Of a stretch of DNA of 64,000 nt, positions 1 through 9,748 are shown piece after piece. Each line of letters opens with the position of its first letter. Position 1 is the first letter of the stretch. Both the position numbers and the translations under genes were made by a program. Source of the stretch: an uncultured Lachnospiraceae bacterium (GTDB taxonomy: Bacteria > Bacillota > Clostridia > Lachnospirales > Lachnospiraceae); NCBI GenBank assembly GCA_902796005.1, contig CADBNF010000023.1:7731-71730 (forward strand), given 5' to 3'. The notes beneath the pieces were generated by a model. It was not told the origin of the DNA. It searched no databases and was given only the letters and a program-made list of their open reading frames with translations.

Positions 1-2016
1 GTCTGTAAGCAGGGGAAACAGGGCTTTGACCGTGCCCGCCACGGAGGAAGGAAGCAGGCTTTGACCGTTTTCCGTATTCCGGCTGCAGGACAGGTAAAGC
101 CGCTCTTCGGGTTTGGTTAACATAAGATACAGATAAAAGCGCTGCCGGAACAGATCCTCCCTGGGATTATCCGCAAGCAGGATGTCTCTTTCCTCCAGTT
201 CCTCCCTGTCCTGATCCGACAGCAGGCTGGTTCTCTCAGAGGGCTTCGGCACCTGGCCCTCGTTCAGGCCGCACAGGAAAAGGACCTTCACCTCGTCACA
301 GCGGGTCCTGGTCAGGTCGCCCACCAGCACCTTATCCTTGCCCGGGGGGATATACCCCAGCTTCAGCTCGGCCAGGCCGGCCTCAAAGAGCCGGGCAAAA
401 TCCGCTGCCGAAACCTTTTCCTCCCCCATGATTTCCACCATCCTGTCCATCAGGCCGCAGATGGCCGGGAAAATCCTGGCATATTCCGCCGCCAGATCCG
501 GCTCCTCCGCCCGGGTGAAGCTGTCTTCCCTTTCCTTCAGCTTTTCCTGCATGTTTTCCGACAGGAAAAGGCCGTAAAGGGCCGCGCATTTATCCCGCAC
601 CGTGCTGCCGCGGCGGCTGAATTTCTCCAGAAATTCCTTCGTTTCCGAAACGAATCTTTCCCTTAAGACCTCCGCCCGGGTCCGTTCTCCCTCTGTCAGG
701 GTGCGTACCGGTCTATCCCAGGTTTCCGCGTATTTCTTTCTTCCTTTAATTCCGCAGGCCAGCACGTAGGTTTCGAAAAGGTCCGTTTCCTCCGCCGTAA
801 AGGAAGAAAGGCCGCTTCGCAGGAACCGGGTCACCGCGGCGTAGGAATAATTCTCCGTGGCCAGGGCAAAAGCGGCAAGCGTAAAGGAGGTCAGGGTATT
901 GGACATTACGTCATTCTTCTCGTCCACAAAGCAGGGAATATCCGCTGCGCCGAAAACCGACGCGGCAATCCTGCCGTAGACGGAAAGGTCCGGGGCAATC
1001 ACCGCAAAATCCCGGTAACGAAGCCCCTGTCTCAGGTAACGGCGGATGATCTGTGCCGTTCTTTCCATCTCCTCTTTGGGGTTATCTGCTTCCGTTAAAA
1101 ATACGGCCTCCGGCTTCTGCTGAAAGGCTTTCCCCGTGTACCGGAAAAGATTGCGTTCCAGGAAATCCATCTCCGGCATCCGCAGCGGCGTATCCACCCG
1201 GATCTCCGGCAGAATTTCCGTACGGGTCTTCTCCGCCAGCTTTAAAAGGGCATCGCAGGTTTTGCGGCTGATGCCGAATACCGCGCTGCCGGCATGCAGG
1301 GGCATGACAGGTTCTCCCGTTCCCACCGTAAGGGTAACCGTCACCTTCCGGCAGAGCTTTAAAAGCTTCTCCAGCACATACAGCTGGGAGGGCACAAAGC
1401 CGGTAAAGCCGTCGAAAACCACCGTACTGTCCCGGATGATTTCCGATTCTTCGATCACGCCGCCCAGCACCTCCGGCACCTCCTCCGCCGTCAGGTACTT
1501 CTCCTTCAGATAGGCCTCAAAGGCTTCGTACACCAGCCGGATGTCCGCAAGCTTTTCCTTCAGCAGCCTTGCGCAGCCCGGGTCGTTTTCCCATTCCGCA
1601 AGATCGGAAGGCCGGACCCTGTACTGCATCAGCTCGCTGATGAGGGACTTCATCTGCTCCGCGGCGCCGGTCCTGGCCAGGGTGCGCTTCAGCACGCCGA
1701 AGCTGTCTTTGTTGTCCAGGAGCATCTTCTGCAGCACCAGGCCCTTGCCGATGTCCTCGAGAATGGGAATCCGGTTGATGCCCAGCTCTTCAAACACCCG
1801 CAGGGCCAGCCGGTTGAAGCTCAGCACGTCGATATTCATAATACAGTGGGAAGGATGCAGGGAAACCAGCAGCTTCTGGGTCTGGAGGGTATACTGCTCC
1901 GGAACCACGGCAAAATACCGTCTTTCCGGATACGCAGCCGCTTCCTTCACCATCTCCTGCCATACATAATCCGTTTTCCCTTTTCCGCCTGAACCTGTTA
2001 CAAGCTGTAAAGCCAT
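1..2016 (-). CDS. addB: ATP-dependent helicase/deoxyribonuclease subunit B (AddB/RexB), N-terminal 672 codons; the 3' end lies beyond the window start
   Basis: Not in the supplied ORF track because there is no stop inside the window. I translated the minus-strand frame from ATG 2016..2014 to position 1 and it is open throughout: MALQLVTGSGGKGKTDYVWQEM ... VGDLTRTR ... LTKPEERLYLSCS. The N-terminal Walker A (GSGGKGKT) and the block order match AddB. Confidence 0.85.
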   Translation of the reverse strand, partial: MALQLVTGSGGKGKTDYVWQEMVKEAAAYPERRYFAVVPEQYTLQTQKLLVSLHPSHCIMNIDVLSFNRLALRVFEELGINRIPILEDIGKGLVLQKMLLDNKDSFGVLKRTLARTGAAEQMKSLISELMQYRVRPSDLAEWENDPGCARLLKEKLADIRLVYEAFEAYLKEKYLTAEEVPEVLGGVIEESEIIRDSTVVFDGFTGFVPSQLYVLEKLLKLCRKVTVTLTVGTGEPVMPLHAGSAVFGISRKTCDALLKLAEKTRTEILPEIRVDTPLRMPEMDFLERNLFRYTGKAFQQKPEAVFLTEADNPKEEMERTAQIIRRYLRQGLRYRDFAVIAPDLSVYGRIAASVFGAADIPCFVDEKNDVMSNTLTSFTLAAFALATENYSYAAVTRFLRSGLSSFTAEETDLFETYVLACGIKGRKKYAETWDRPVRTLTEGERTRAEVLRERFVSETKEFLEKFSRRGSTVRDKCAALYGLFLSENMQEKLKEREDSFTRAEEPDLAAEYARIFPAICGLMDRMVEIMGEEKVSAADFARLFEAGLAELKLGYIPPGKDKVLVGDLTRTRCDEVKVLFLCGLNEGQVPKPSERTSLLSDQDREELEERDILLADNPREDLFRQRFYLYLMLTKPEERLYLSCSRNTENGQSLLPSSVAGTVKALFPLLTD

Positions 2017-2042
2017 GGATCTACAATTCCTTTCCGGAAATA

Positions 2043-2070
2043 CAAAAGAAGGCGGGCAATGCCCGCCGGA
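2043..2070 (-). terminator. Rho-independent terminator-like hairpin after the cupin-like gene
   Basis: GGCGGGC-aat-GCCCGCC stem (2051..2057 / 2061..2067), followed on the minus strand by TTCTTTTG. Confidence 0.6.
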
Positions 2071-2072
2071 AT

Positions 2073-2543
2073 TTATTTGGCGTAAGCGCCGCCGATATAT
2101 TCGTGGTTCGTCACCACGGAAAAATGAAAGACCGGTCTGTCCACCCTTTTGATGCTGATCCGCATGTGGGGAAGTCCCGCCGGGGCAAAAATCATGGTGG
2201 ATTTCGTCAGCAGATGCCGCTCCCCGTTGATGGTGATTTCGATTTCCGCATGCAGGTTGTAGGGATCCTCCGGGTCACAGCCGAAGAAACCGATGATTTC
2301 GTCGGAATCGTGGCAGTGCTCCTCGAACACCGGATCCCGCTCCGGCACCGCATAGTACCAGGCCACGTTCATCTGGAAGGCACCGGGAACGTTATTGCCG
2401 TCCATCCAGAGAACCCGGTTGCTGAATTTCCTGTACATTTCCCCGAACTCCGGCGTATACATGTTGGGCGGTGTCTTCAGCTCCTGCACGATATAACCGG
2501 CATATTCTCCGCCTTCGTTATTCAGGTATACTTTCTCCTCCAT
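2073..2543 (-). CDS. Hypothetical protein, cupin-like beta-barrel suspected
   Basis: ORF 2073..2567 begins at a GTG. I prefer the ATG at 2543 (MEEKVYLNNEGG), which is preceded by AAGGGGG. The His-rich beta-type C-terminal half (HCHDSDEIIGFFG...HAEIEITINGERH...FAPAGLPH) looks cupin-like, but I do not firmly recognise the family. Confidence 0.7.
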   Translation of the reverse strand: MEEKVYLNNEGGEYAGYIVQELKTPPNMYTPEFGEMYRKFSNRVLWMDGNNVPGAFQMNVAWYYAVPERDPVFEEHCHDSDEIIGFFGCDPEDPYNLHAEIEITINGERHLLTKSTMIFAPAGLPHMRISIKRVDRPVFHFSVVTNHEYIGGAYAK

Positions 2544-2640
2544 GGTAAGCGACCCCCTTTTCTTCACCTTCCGGTGCTGTTTTGTCTATTATAGCATATG
2601 CGGGAACTTTATGTAAAACGGTTATTGTCATCCTCGTGGA

Positions 2641-2669
2641 TTGATATTTTTTACAAAATACTGTAAAAT
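2641..2669 (+). promoter_or_regulatory. Putative SigA promoter for the Na/Pi cotransporter gene
   Basis: TTGATA (2641..2646), 17-nt spacer, TAAAAT (2664..2669), in an AT-rich divergent intergenic region. Confidence 0.5.
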
Positions 2670-2717
2670 AATTTATGCAATATGAACAGAAGGTTATATT
2701 CGCCTGAGGGAGGTATC

Positions 2718-4433
2718 ATGTCCATTATAAACATTCTGTCCTGTCTTGGCGGAATCGCTCTTTTCCTCTTCGGAATGACCTACATGAGTGATTCGCTGAA
2801 AAAGCTGGCAGGCAGCCAGATGAAGAACTTTCTGACACGCATGACGTCCAATCCCGTCAAGGGATTCCTTGTCGGCCTGTTCGTCACCATGGCGATCCAG
2901 TCTTCCACAGCAACCAACGTCATGGCTTTAAGCTTCGTCAATTCCGGTATGATGAGTCTGCTGCAGTCTGTCCCCCTGATGATTGGCGCAAATCTGGGCA
3001 CTACCATCACCGCCTGGCTTATTTCCTTAAGCAGTATCGACGGGGCCGGCATTCTGATCCAGCTGATCAAACCGTCTTCCTTTACCCCGATTCTTGCTTT
3101 TATCGGCATTATCCTTTTCCGTTTCAGTAAAAAAGACAAAAAGAACAGCGTCGGCGCGATTATCATCGGCTTCGCCATTCTGATGTACGGCATGTCCGCC
3201 ATGTCCTCTGCCATGCAGGGACTGAGTACAACCCCGGCCTTTCAGAAGCTTTTCGGCCTGATGTCGAACCCCATCCTGGGCCTGATTATCGGTATGGCAC
3301 TGGCTGCCATCATGCAGAGTTCCTCGGCTTCCGTCGGTGTGCTGCAGGCCCTGGCACTGGCAGGCGGCATTACCTATGAATCCGTCATTCCCATGGTCAT
3401 CGGCATCAACATCGGCCAGGTGGTTCCCGTCATCATCGCTTCTGCCGGAACGTCCAAGAATGCGAGGCGGGCGGCCATCATCGATCTGTACCTGAATGTA
3501 TCAGGCGCCATCGTAGCCATGCCGGTATATATGATCTTAAGGGCAACGGGACATCTGCCCTTCCTTTACAATATGGCCGTACCGGTCACCATCGCCATCA
3601 CCCATACCGGCTACAAGCTGCTTTCCTCCCTGGTGCAGCTGCCCCTGTACCGCCAGTTTGAACGGCTCGGCCACCTGACCTTCAAGGACCTGCCTTCGGA
3701 ATCCGAATCGCTCCTGGACAGAAGGCTTATGGCCACGCCTTCCCTGGCCATGGCCCAGTGCCGCGGCGTTCTGGCCGGCGCAGTGGTCACCGTAAACGAA
3801 TCCTTCGACAAAGCCGCTTCCCTGTTTACACTATGGAATGAATCGTATACGGAAGAGATTCACAAAACGGAGCAGATGACGGATACCTACCAGGACGAAA
3901 TCGATACCTACCTGGCGGAAATGTCCGTCAAGGGCATGACAGAAGCAGAAGGTTTTGAGCTCACCCGTCTGCTGCAGTATACCGCCCAGCTGGAAAACAT
4001 CGGCGATCACATTTACCATATCGCGGTTACCATGGACAGGATACATGAGGAGGGCATTAACTTCAGCAGTGAAGCAGTCAATGCCCTGACAAATCTCTCC
4101 AATATCATGAAACGTATGCTTGGACTATCCGCCGCCGGCTTTGCTTCCCCGAAGGAGGAAACCGCCTTCGATATCATCTTCTCCGAAAGGGATCTGGTCA
4201 ATGCCAGCGACACATACCGTGAGGAATACCTGACCAAGCTAAAAAAAGGCATCAGCACGGTTACCGCCGGTTCTCTCTTCACGGATATCCTGCAGGACTT
4301 CGAACGTATGTCCGACCACATCTCCAAGCAGGCCCGATCCATCCTTGCGGATCTTCATGACGTGCGGGGCCTGGAAGCCAAGAAATATGTGGCTGACCTT
4401 ATTGAAACAAAGGCCGCAGCCCTGCAGGGCTGA
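2718..4433 (+). CDS. Na+/phosphate cotransporter family protein with a C-terminal PhoU-like region
   Basis: ORF 2682..4433. The ATG at 2718 (MSIINILSCLGGIALFLFGM) is preceded by GGGAGG with 6-nt spacing. Typical NptA-type N-terminus and repeated GANLGTT / GINIGQ-type motifs, then a long helical C-terminal domain. Confidence 0.85.
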   Translation: MSIINILSCLGGIALFLFGMTYMSDSLKKLAGSQMKNFLTRMTSNPVKGFLVGLFVTMAIQSSTATNVMALSFVNSGMMSLLQSVPLMIGANLGTTITAWLISLSSIDGAGILIQLIKPSSFTPILAFIGIILFRFSKKDKKNSVGAIIIGFAILMYGMSAMSSAMQGLSTTPAFQKLFGLMSNPILGLIIGMALAAIMQSSSASVGVLQALALAGGITYESVIPMVIGINIGQVVPVIIASAGTSKNARRAAIIDLYLNVSGAIVAMPVYMILRATGHLPFLYNMAVPVTIAITHTGYKLLSSLVQLPLYRQFERLGHLTFKDLPSESESLLDRRLMATPSLAMAQCRGVLAGAVVTVNESFDKAASLFTLWNESYTEEIHKTEQMTDTYQDEIDTYLAEMSVKGMTEAEGFELTRLLQYTAQLENIGDHIYHIAVTMDRIHEEGINFSSEAVNALTNLSNIMKRMLGLSAAGFASPKEETAFDIIFSERDLVNASDTYREEYLTKLKKGISTVTAGSLFTDILQDFERMSDHISKQARSILADLHDVRGLEAKKYVADLIETKAAALQG

Positions 4434-4440
4434 AGCCTTT
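4409..4440. terminator. Hairpin between convergent genes; possible weak bidirectional terminator
   Basis: Perfect 16-nt palindrome CAGCCCTGCAGGGCTG (4417..4432) flanked by AAAGGC/GCCTTT. It includes the TGA stop of the cotransporter gene. The T-runs are weak. Confidence 0.4.
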
Positions 4441-4456
4441 GAAATGAATTGAATGA

Positions 4457-6481
4457 TTATTTTCCCTGTTCTGCGGCCGCCGGTTTCCGGCGGCCGCCTG
4501 TTTTCCGGTAATACTGTTCATCCCGCCGGAAGGCCGCCATCAGCGCCGTCTGGTTGTTGAGCTTCCGGACCTTGTCCACCTGCCGGGTGATAAAGCCGGA
4601 AAGCTTTCCCATATACTCGTCATAATCCACGCTTCCCTCCGCCACATAGGAAAGTCCCTTTTCCCAGCTTGCCGTAAGCTCCGGGTTCAGCAGGGAACTG
4701 ATGGAGGCCTGCACCACCTCGAAAACCATCTCTCCCATCCGGGTCGGCGTGATCACCTGGGTTTTCGCGTTCAGATTCAGGTATTTGATGTTCACCAGCT
4801 TTTTCAGGATTTCAGCCCTTGTGGCGCTGGTTCCGATGCCGCTGCCCTTGATCAGCTCCCGTAAGGCTTCATCCTCGATGAGCTGTCCGGCATTTTCCAT
4901 GGCAAGAATCATGGACCCGGAGGTATAGCGCTTGGGCGGCGTGGTTTCCCCTTCCCGGACCGCATAGCCCTTTGTCTCCAGAAGATCCTTCTTCTTCAGT
5001 CCGGCCAGCAGGGAAAACAGGGTTTCGTCCTCCTTTTCCCCGTCCTCTGCAGTCTCCTCCGCTTCCTTTTTATACCGGAGCTTCAGGTAGCCCTCCTGGA
5101 CAAGTCTTCTTGCAGAGGCAAAGAAATGCTCCCTGTCGACCACAAGCTCCAGGCTGATCTTCTCGTAGATGGCCGGCGGATAGAAAATGCTTAAAAACCG
5201 CCTGACAATCAGCTGGTAGACCGCCGGAGAAAAGCCGGAGAGGCTGTTTAAGGTCTTCAGGCCCTGTCCGGTGGGAATAATGGCATAATGGTCTGTAATC
5301 AGCTTGTCGTTGGTGTAGCGGGTCTTTTCAATGCCCGCATAACGGTTCTGCTCCAGGATTTCCGAGGCAAATTCCCCTAAAGGCCCGTAGCCTGTAAGGC
5401 CGGTGAGGTTTTTCCGGATTTCCTTTGCCACGGCGGTGGAAAGCACCCGGGCGTCCGTACGGGGATAGGTGACCAGTTTCTTTTCGTAGAGCTCCTGGAC
5501 GATTTTCAGGGTCTGATCCGGGTTAATCTTGAAAAGCCTTGAACACTCGTTCTGCAGCTCCGCCAGGTTGTAGAGAAGCGGCGCGTTCTTCGTTTCCTTT
5601 TTGCGGGAAATCTTCTCCACCTCTGCCGGAAGGCGTTCCGGTTCGGAAAGGGCCTTGATCAGTTCCTCCGCCGTCTCCCGCTTTTTGAAGCCGTTTTCCT
5701 TATACAGCAGGGGTGAATTCTCGTAACGGCTGCCCGGGGCGGTCCGCCACTCTCCCTCCAGAAGGGAATCCCCTTTGCCGAAGCTTCCCAGCACCCGGTA
5801 GAAGGGCTCCTTTACGAAATTACGAATCTCCCTTTCCCGGCGCACCACCATGCCGAGGACGCAGGTCATGACCCGGCCCACGGACACCGGCTGGTATTTC
5901 CCGCCCATCACGTCGTTCAGGGTGCGGGCGTATTTTACGGATAAGGCCCTTGAGAAATTGATGCCCATCAGGTAGTCCTCGATGGCCCGCAGGTATGCGG
6001 AGGAGGCCAGGTTGTCATAGTCGGAAAGAGGCCTTGCCTCCCGGATGCCCCGGAGGATTTCCTCCTCGGTCTGGGAATCTATCCACACCCGCTTCTGGGT
6101 TTTCCCGGTCACGCCGGCCATCTGGGCCACAAGGCGGTAAATATATTCTCCTTCCCTTCCTGAGTCGGTGCAGACATAGACGGTGTCCACGTCCTTGCGA
6201 TTCAGCTGCCGGGACACCACGCCGTACTGCTTTTTGGAGGAAGGGATGAGCTCATACAGAAATTTCTCCGGAATAAAGGGCAGGGTGTCGTAGGACCATT
6301 TCTTCAGTGCCGGATCATAGACCTCGGGATAGCTCATGGTCACCAGATGTCCCACGCACCAGGTCACCACATAGTTCTCGGACTCCATAAAGCCGTCATT
6401 GTTTGTCATTTTTTCCTTCAAGGCTGCCGCGAATTCCCGGGCTACGCTGGGTTTTTCCGCGATAAACAGGGATTTGCCCAT
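4457..6481 (-). CDS. topB: DNA topoisomerase III (type IA)
   Basis: 674-aa ORF with a Toprim N-terminus (MGKSLFIAEKPSVAREFAAAL ... TWCVGHL) and the catalytic-Tyr region (VTYPRTD), typical of type IA/TopB. Confidence 0.9.
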   Translation of the reverse strand: MGKSLFIAEKPSVAREFAAALKEKMTNNDGFMESENYVVTWCVGHLVTMSYPEVYDPALKKWSYDTLPFIPEKFLYELIPSSKKQYGVVSRQLNRKDVDTVYVCTDSGREGEYIYRLVAQMAGVTGKTQKRVWIDSQTEEEILRGIREARPLSDYDNLASSAYLRAIEDYLMGINFSRALSVKYARTLNDVMGGKYQPVSVGRVMTCVLGMVVRREREIRNFVKEPFYRVLGSFGKGDSLLEGEWRTAPGSRYENSPLLYKENGFKKRETAEELIKALSEPERLPAEVEKISRKKETKNAPLLYNLAELQNECSRLFKINPDQTLKIVQELYEKKLVTYPRTDARVLSTAVAKEIRKNLTGLTGYGPLGEFASEILEQNRYAGIEKTRYTNDKLITDHYAIIPTGQGLKTLNSLSGFSPAVYQLIVRRFLSIFYPPAIYEKISLELVVDREHFFASARRLVQEGYLKLRYKKEAEETAEDGEKEDETLFSLLAGLKKKDLLETKGYAVREGETTPPKRYTSGSMILAMENAGQLIEDEALRELIKGSGIGTSATRAEILKKLVNIKYLNLNAKTQVITPTRMGEMVFEVVQASISSLLNPELTASWEKGLSYVAEGSVDYDEYMGKLSGFITRQVDKVRKLNNQTALMAAFRRDEQYYRKTGGRRKPAAAEQGK

Positions 6482-6510
6482 AAGTTTTACGCTCCTGTAC
6501 GTATTTCAAC

Positions 6511-6549
6511 AAAAGGGGACTGCCGCATAAGCCTATATACGACAGCCCC
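6511..6549 (-). terminator. Rho-independent terminator after asd
   Basis: Minus-strand GGGGCTGTCG ... CGGCAGTCCCC stem (one bulge) followed by TTTTGTTG. Confidence 0.6.
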
Positions 6550-6566
6550 GACTTTGTCATTGTTTT

Positions 6567-7652
6567 TTACTTTTTGGTGATATAATCCAGCGCCACAAGG
6601 CTTTCTGCGCAGAGAATCGCGCCGCCTGCCGCGCCGCGGACCGTATTATGTGAAAGACCCACAAACTTCCAGTCATATACGGTATCCTCTCTTAAACGGC
6701 CGACGGAAATGCCCATGCCCCTTTCAAAATTCACATCCAGGGCCACCTGGGGTCTGTTGTCCTCCTCCAGGTACTGGATGAACTGCTTCGGCGCGCTGGG
6801 CAGGTTCTTCTCCTGGGGAAGCCCCTTGAAGTTCACCATTGCCTCGATGAGCTGCTCCTTCGTAGCCTTCTTCCTCAGCTTTACGAACACCGCAGCCGTA
6901 TGGCCGTCCAGGACCGGTACACGGATGCACTGGCAGGTAATCTTCGGCTCCTGCGCCTTGACGATTTCCCCGTTCTCGATATGGCCCCAGATACGTAAGG
7001 GCTCCTGTTCGCTCTTCTCTTCCTCGCCGCCGATGTAGGGGATGATGTTGCCCTCCATCTCGGGCCAGTCTTTAAAGGTCTTGCCCGCGCCGGAAATGGC
7101 CTGATAGGTGGTGGCCACCACCTCGTAGGGCTCGAATTCCTTCCAGGCGGAAAGTACCGGCGCATAGCTCTGGATGGAGCAGTTGGGCTTAACCACTACA
7201 AAGCCCTTTGTGGTGCCCAGACGCTTCTTCTGGTACTGAATAACTTCAAAATGCTCCGGATTCAGTTCCGGAACCACCATGGGTACATCCGGCGTCCAGC
7301 GATGGGCGCTGTTGTTGGATACCACGGGGGTCTCCGTCTTCGCATAGGCATCCTCAATGGCCCGGATCTCTTCCTTGGACATATCCACTGCGGAGAAAAC
7401 AAAATCCACCTGGTTTGCCACGGTTTCCACCTCGGAAGCGTCGTAAACCATCAGATCCTTTACGCCCTCCGGAATCGGCGTGGTCATTTTCCACCTGCCG
7501 GAAACCGCATCCTCATACCTCCGGCCGGCACTGCGGGCGCTGGCCGCAACACAGACCACATCAAACCAGGGGTGATTTTCCAGCAGGGAGATAAAACGCT
7601 GTCCCACCATACCGGTTGCCCCGATAACGCCGACCTTGAATTTGTTTTCCAT
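6567..7652 (-). CDS. asd: Aspartate-semialdehyde dehydrogenase
   Basis: 361 aa. N-terminal Rossmann motif VGVIGATGMVGQRF and active-site region VKPNCSIQ. AAGGAG SD upstream of the ATG. Confidence 0.9.
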   Translation of the reverse strand: MENKFKVGVIGATGMVGQRFISLLENHPWFDVVCVAASARSAGRRYEDAVSGRWKMTTPIPEGVKDLMVYDASEVETVANQVDFVFSAVDMSKEEIRAIEDAYAKTETPVVSNNSAHRWTPDVPMVVPELNPEHFEVIQYQKKRLGTTKGFVVVKPNCSIQSYAPVLSAWKEFEPYEVVATTYQAISGAGKTFKDWPEMEGNIIPYIGGEEEKSEQEPLRIWGHIENGEIVKAQEPKITCQCIRVPVLDGHTAAVFVKLRKKATKEQLIEAMVNFKGLPQEKNLPSAPKQFIQYLEEDNRPQVALDVNFERGMGISVGRLREDTVYDWKFVGLSHNTVRGAAGGAILCAESLVALDYITKK

Positions 7653-7675
7653 AATATTGTCTCCTTATTTATGTA

Positions 7676-9052
7676 TTACTGCTTTAAATATTCTCTGTTG
7701 TCCGCAATGGTCTTCGCCATGGCTTCCGGGCCCGGCGCGCCTTTGGTATTGCGTTTTTCCACACAGGCTGCAATGGATATGGCTTCGTACACATCCTCTT
7801 CGATAAGGGAGCATTCCTCCTTCATCTCCGAAAGGGAAAGCTCCTGCAGGGTGCAGCCCTTTTCGATGCAGGAAAGCACCAGTCTGCCGGATATGCCGTG
7901 GGCATCCCGGAAGGGCACGCCCTTCTTCACCAGGTAATCCGCCAGATCCGTGGCGTTGGTGAAGCCGCCGCCCGCGGATTTCTTCATGGCCTCCTTATTG
8001 AAGCGTAAGGTGCCCAGCATGCCGGTAAACAGCTCCAGGCAGTCCTTCACCGTATCCAGGGCGTCGAAGACAACCTCCTTGTCCTCCTGCATGTCCTTGT
8101 TGTAGGCCAGGGGAAGCCCTTTCAGGGTGGTGAACAGGCTCATCATATCGCCGTAGACCCGGCCGCATTTTCCGCGGATAAGCTCCGCGATATCCGGATT
8201 TTTTTTCTGGGGCATGATGGAGCTGCCCGTGCTGAAGGCATCGTCGATTTCGATAAACCGGTACTCATCCGTATTCCAGATAATGATTTCCTCGCAGAAC
8301 CGGCTTAAATGCATCATGATGATGGAGCAGGCAGACAGGAGCTCGAGAAGATAATCCCTGTCGGATACGCCGTCCATGCTGTTGGCGGCCGCACCGTCAA
8401 AGCCGAGCAGCTGAGCCGTGTATTCCCTGTCCAGAGGATAGGTGGTGCCGGCAAGGGCGCCGCTTCCCAAAGGACTGGTGTTCATGCGGGCACGGATGTC
8501 CGCCAGGCGGCTCCTGTCCCTCTTGAACATCTCGAAATAGGCATCCAGATGATGGGCAAGGGTTACGGGCTGGGCCTTCTGCAGATGGGTAAAGCCGGGC
8601 ATGTACGTCTCCGTATGGGCCTCTATCGTCTCTTCCAGGACGTTCAGAAGCCCGAAAAGCAGGCTGTCCGCTTCGCCGATCTCCTCACGGATATACAGCT
8701 TCATGTCCAGGGCCACCTGGTCATTGCGGCTTCTCCCGGTGTGAAGCTTTTTACCGGTTTCCCCGATGCGCTCCGTCAGGACAGACTCCACGAAGCTGTG
8801 GATATCCTCGTATTCACCGCTTATCGTAAGCTTCCCGGCTTCCAGGTCCTCGAGGATTCCCTTAAGGCCGCACCGGATGGTCTCCGCTTCCTCCTCCGTA
8901 AGGATGCCCGTTTTGCCGAGCATGGTCACATGGGCAATGCTGCCGGTGATGTCTGCCTTGTACAGCCGGCAGTCAAAACCGATGGAGGCATTGAACTGAT
9001 AGGCTTTTTTGTCTGTTCCGGACCGGAAACGGCCGCCCCATAAGTTTGCCAT
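7676..9052 (-). CDS. argH: Argininosuccinate lyase
   Basis: ORF 7676..9073. I prefer the ATG at 9052 ([15 protein letters not shown]) with an AAGGAG SD. Fumarate-lyase signature region ([12 protein letters not shown]). Confidence 0.9.
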   Translation of the reverse strand: MANLWGGRFRSGTDKKAYQFNASIGFDCRLYKADITGSIAHVTMLGKTGILTEEEAETIRCGLKGILEDLEAGKLTISGEYEDIHSFVESVLTERIGETGKKLHTGRSRNDQVALDMKLYIREEIGEADSLLFGLLNVLEETIEAHTETYMPGFTHLQKAQPVTLAHHLDAYFEMFKRDRSRLADIRARMNTSPLGSGALAGTTYPLDREYTAQLLGFDGAAANSMDGVSDRDYLLELLSACSIIMMHLSRFCEEIIIWNTDEYRFIEIDDAFSTGSSIMPQKKNPDIAELIRGKCGRVYGDMMSLFTTLKGLPLAYNKDMQEDKEVVFDALDTVKDCLELFTGMLGTLRFNKEAMKKSAGGGFTNATDLADYLVKKGVPFRDAHGISGRLVLSCIEKGCTLQELSLSEMKEECSLIEEDVYEAISIAACVEKRNTKGAPGPEAMAKTIADNREYLKQ

Positions 9053-9094
9053 ACATTCTCCTTTGCTGTTCAAAACCGTCTGAAGTGCTTTTCG

Positions 9095-9748
9095 TTACTT
9101 TATCTCATTCGGCCGTCTTTGTAAAGCCTCTCTTTTTGAATAAATGCAGCCGCAGAAATTCTGGCGGTACAGATCGTATTCCCGGGAAAGCTCGATGGAC
9201 CGCTGGTAGCCGCCTTTTTTCTTGAAATCCGAGAAGAAATAAGCCGTATGGTATTCCTCTGCCAGCTCTTTCCCGATGCGGTTCAGAAGATCGGCATTTT
9301 TCAGCGGGCTGATGGACAGGGTTGTGGTGAAATATTCAAAGCCCCCTTCCGCAGCCGCTTTTGCCGCCTCCGACAGGCGCAGCCGGAAGCACACCTCGCA
9401 CCGGCTTCCTCCCTCCGGCTCATTTTCCAGGCCCTTTACGGCGGCATGATACCGCTCCGGCTCATATTTTCCCTCCAGGAAGGTCACGGGATGCAGGGCA
9501 GGCAGCTCCCGGACAAGGCGCTTCGCCTCCTCCACCCGGTGGCGGTACTCCTCCGCCGGCTCGATATTCGGATTATAATAAAACAGGGTAACGGAAAAAT
9601 ACCTGGTCAGGTATTCCAGGCAGTAGCTGCTGCAGGGGGCGCAGCAGGCATGAAGGAGCAAAGAAGGAGTCTTTCCGCTTTCCAAGACTCCTTCAATCAG
9701 CGCATCCGCGCATTTCTGATAATTCTTTTTATTTTCCCGCTTTTCCAT
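9095..9748 (-). CDS. queH: Epoxyqueuosine reductase QueH (DUF208 family)
   Basis: 217 aa. CCAPCSSY and later CEVCFRLR / FCGC cysteine motifs characteristic of QueH. Confidence 0.85.
   Translation of the reverse strand: MEKRENKKNYQKCADALIEGVLESGKTPSLLLHACCAPCSSYCLEYLTRYFSVTLFYYNPNIEPAEEYRHRVEEAKRLVRELPALHPVTFLEGKYEPERYHAAVKGLENEPEGGSRCEVCFRLRLSEAAKAAAEGGFEYFTTTLSISPLKNADLLNRIGKELAEEYHTAYFFSDFKKKGGYQRSIELSREYDLYRQNFCGCIYSKREALQRRPNEIK

Noticed and set aside
4417-4432. The perfect palindrome CAGCCCTGCAGGGCTG as a restriction-modification or recombination site.
   Set aside because: It is a single occurrence at the junction of two convergent genes. It is explained more simply as a transcription-terminating hairpin.
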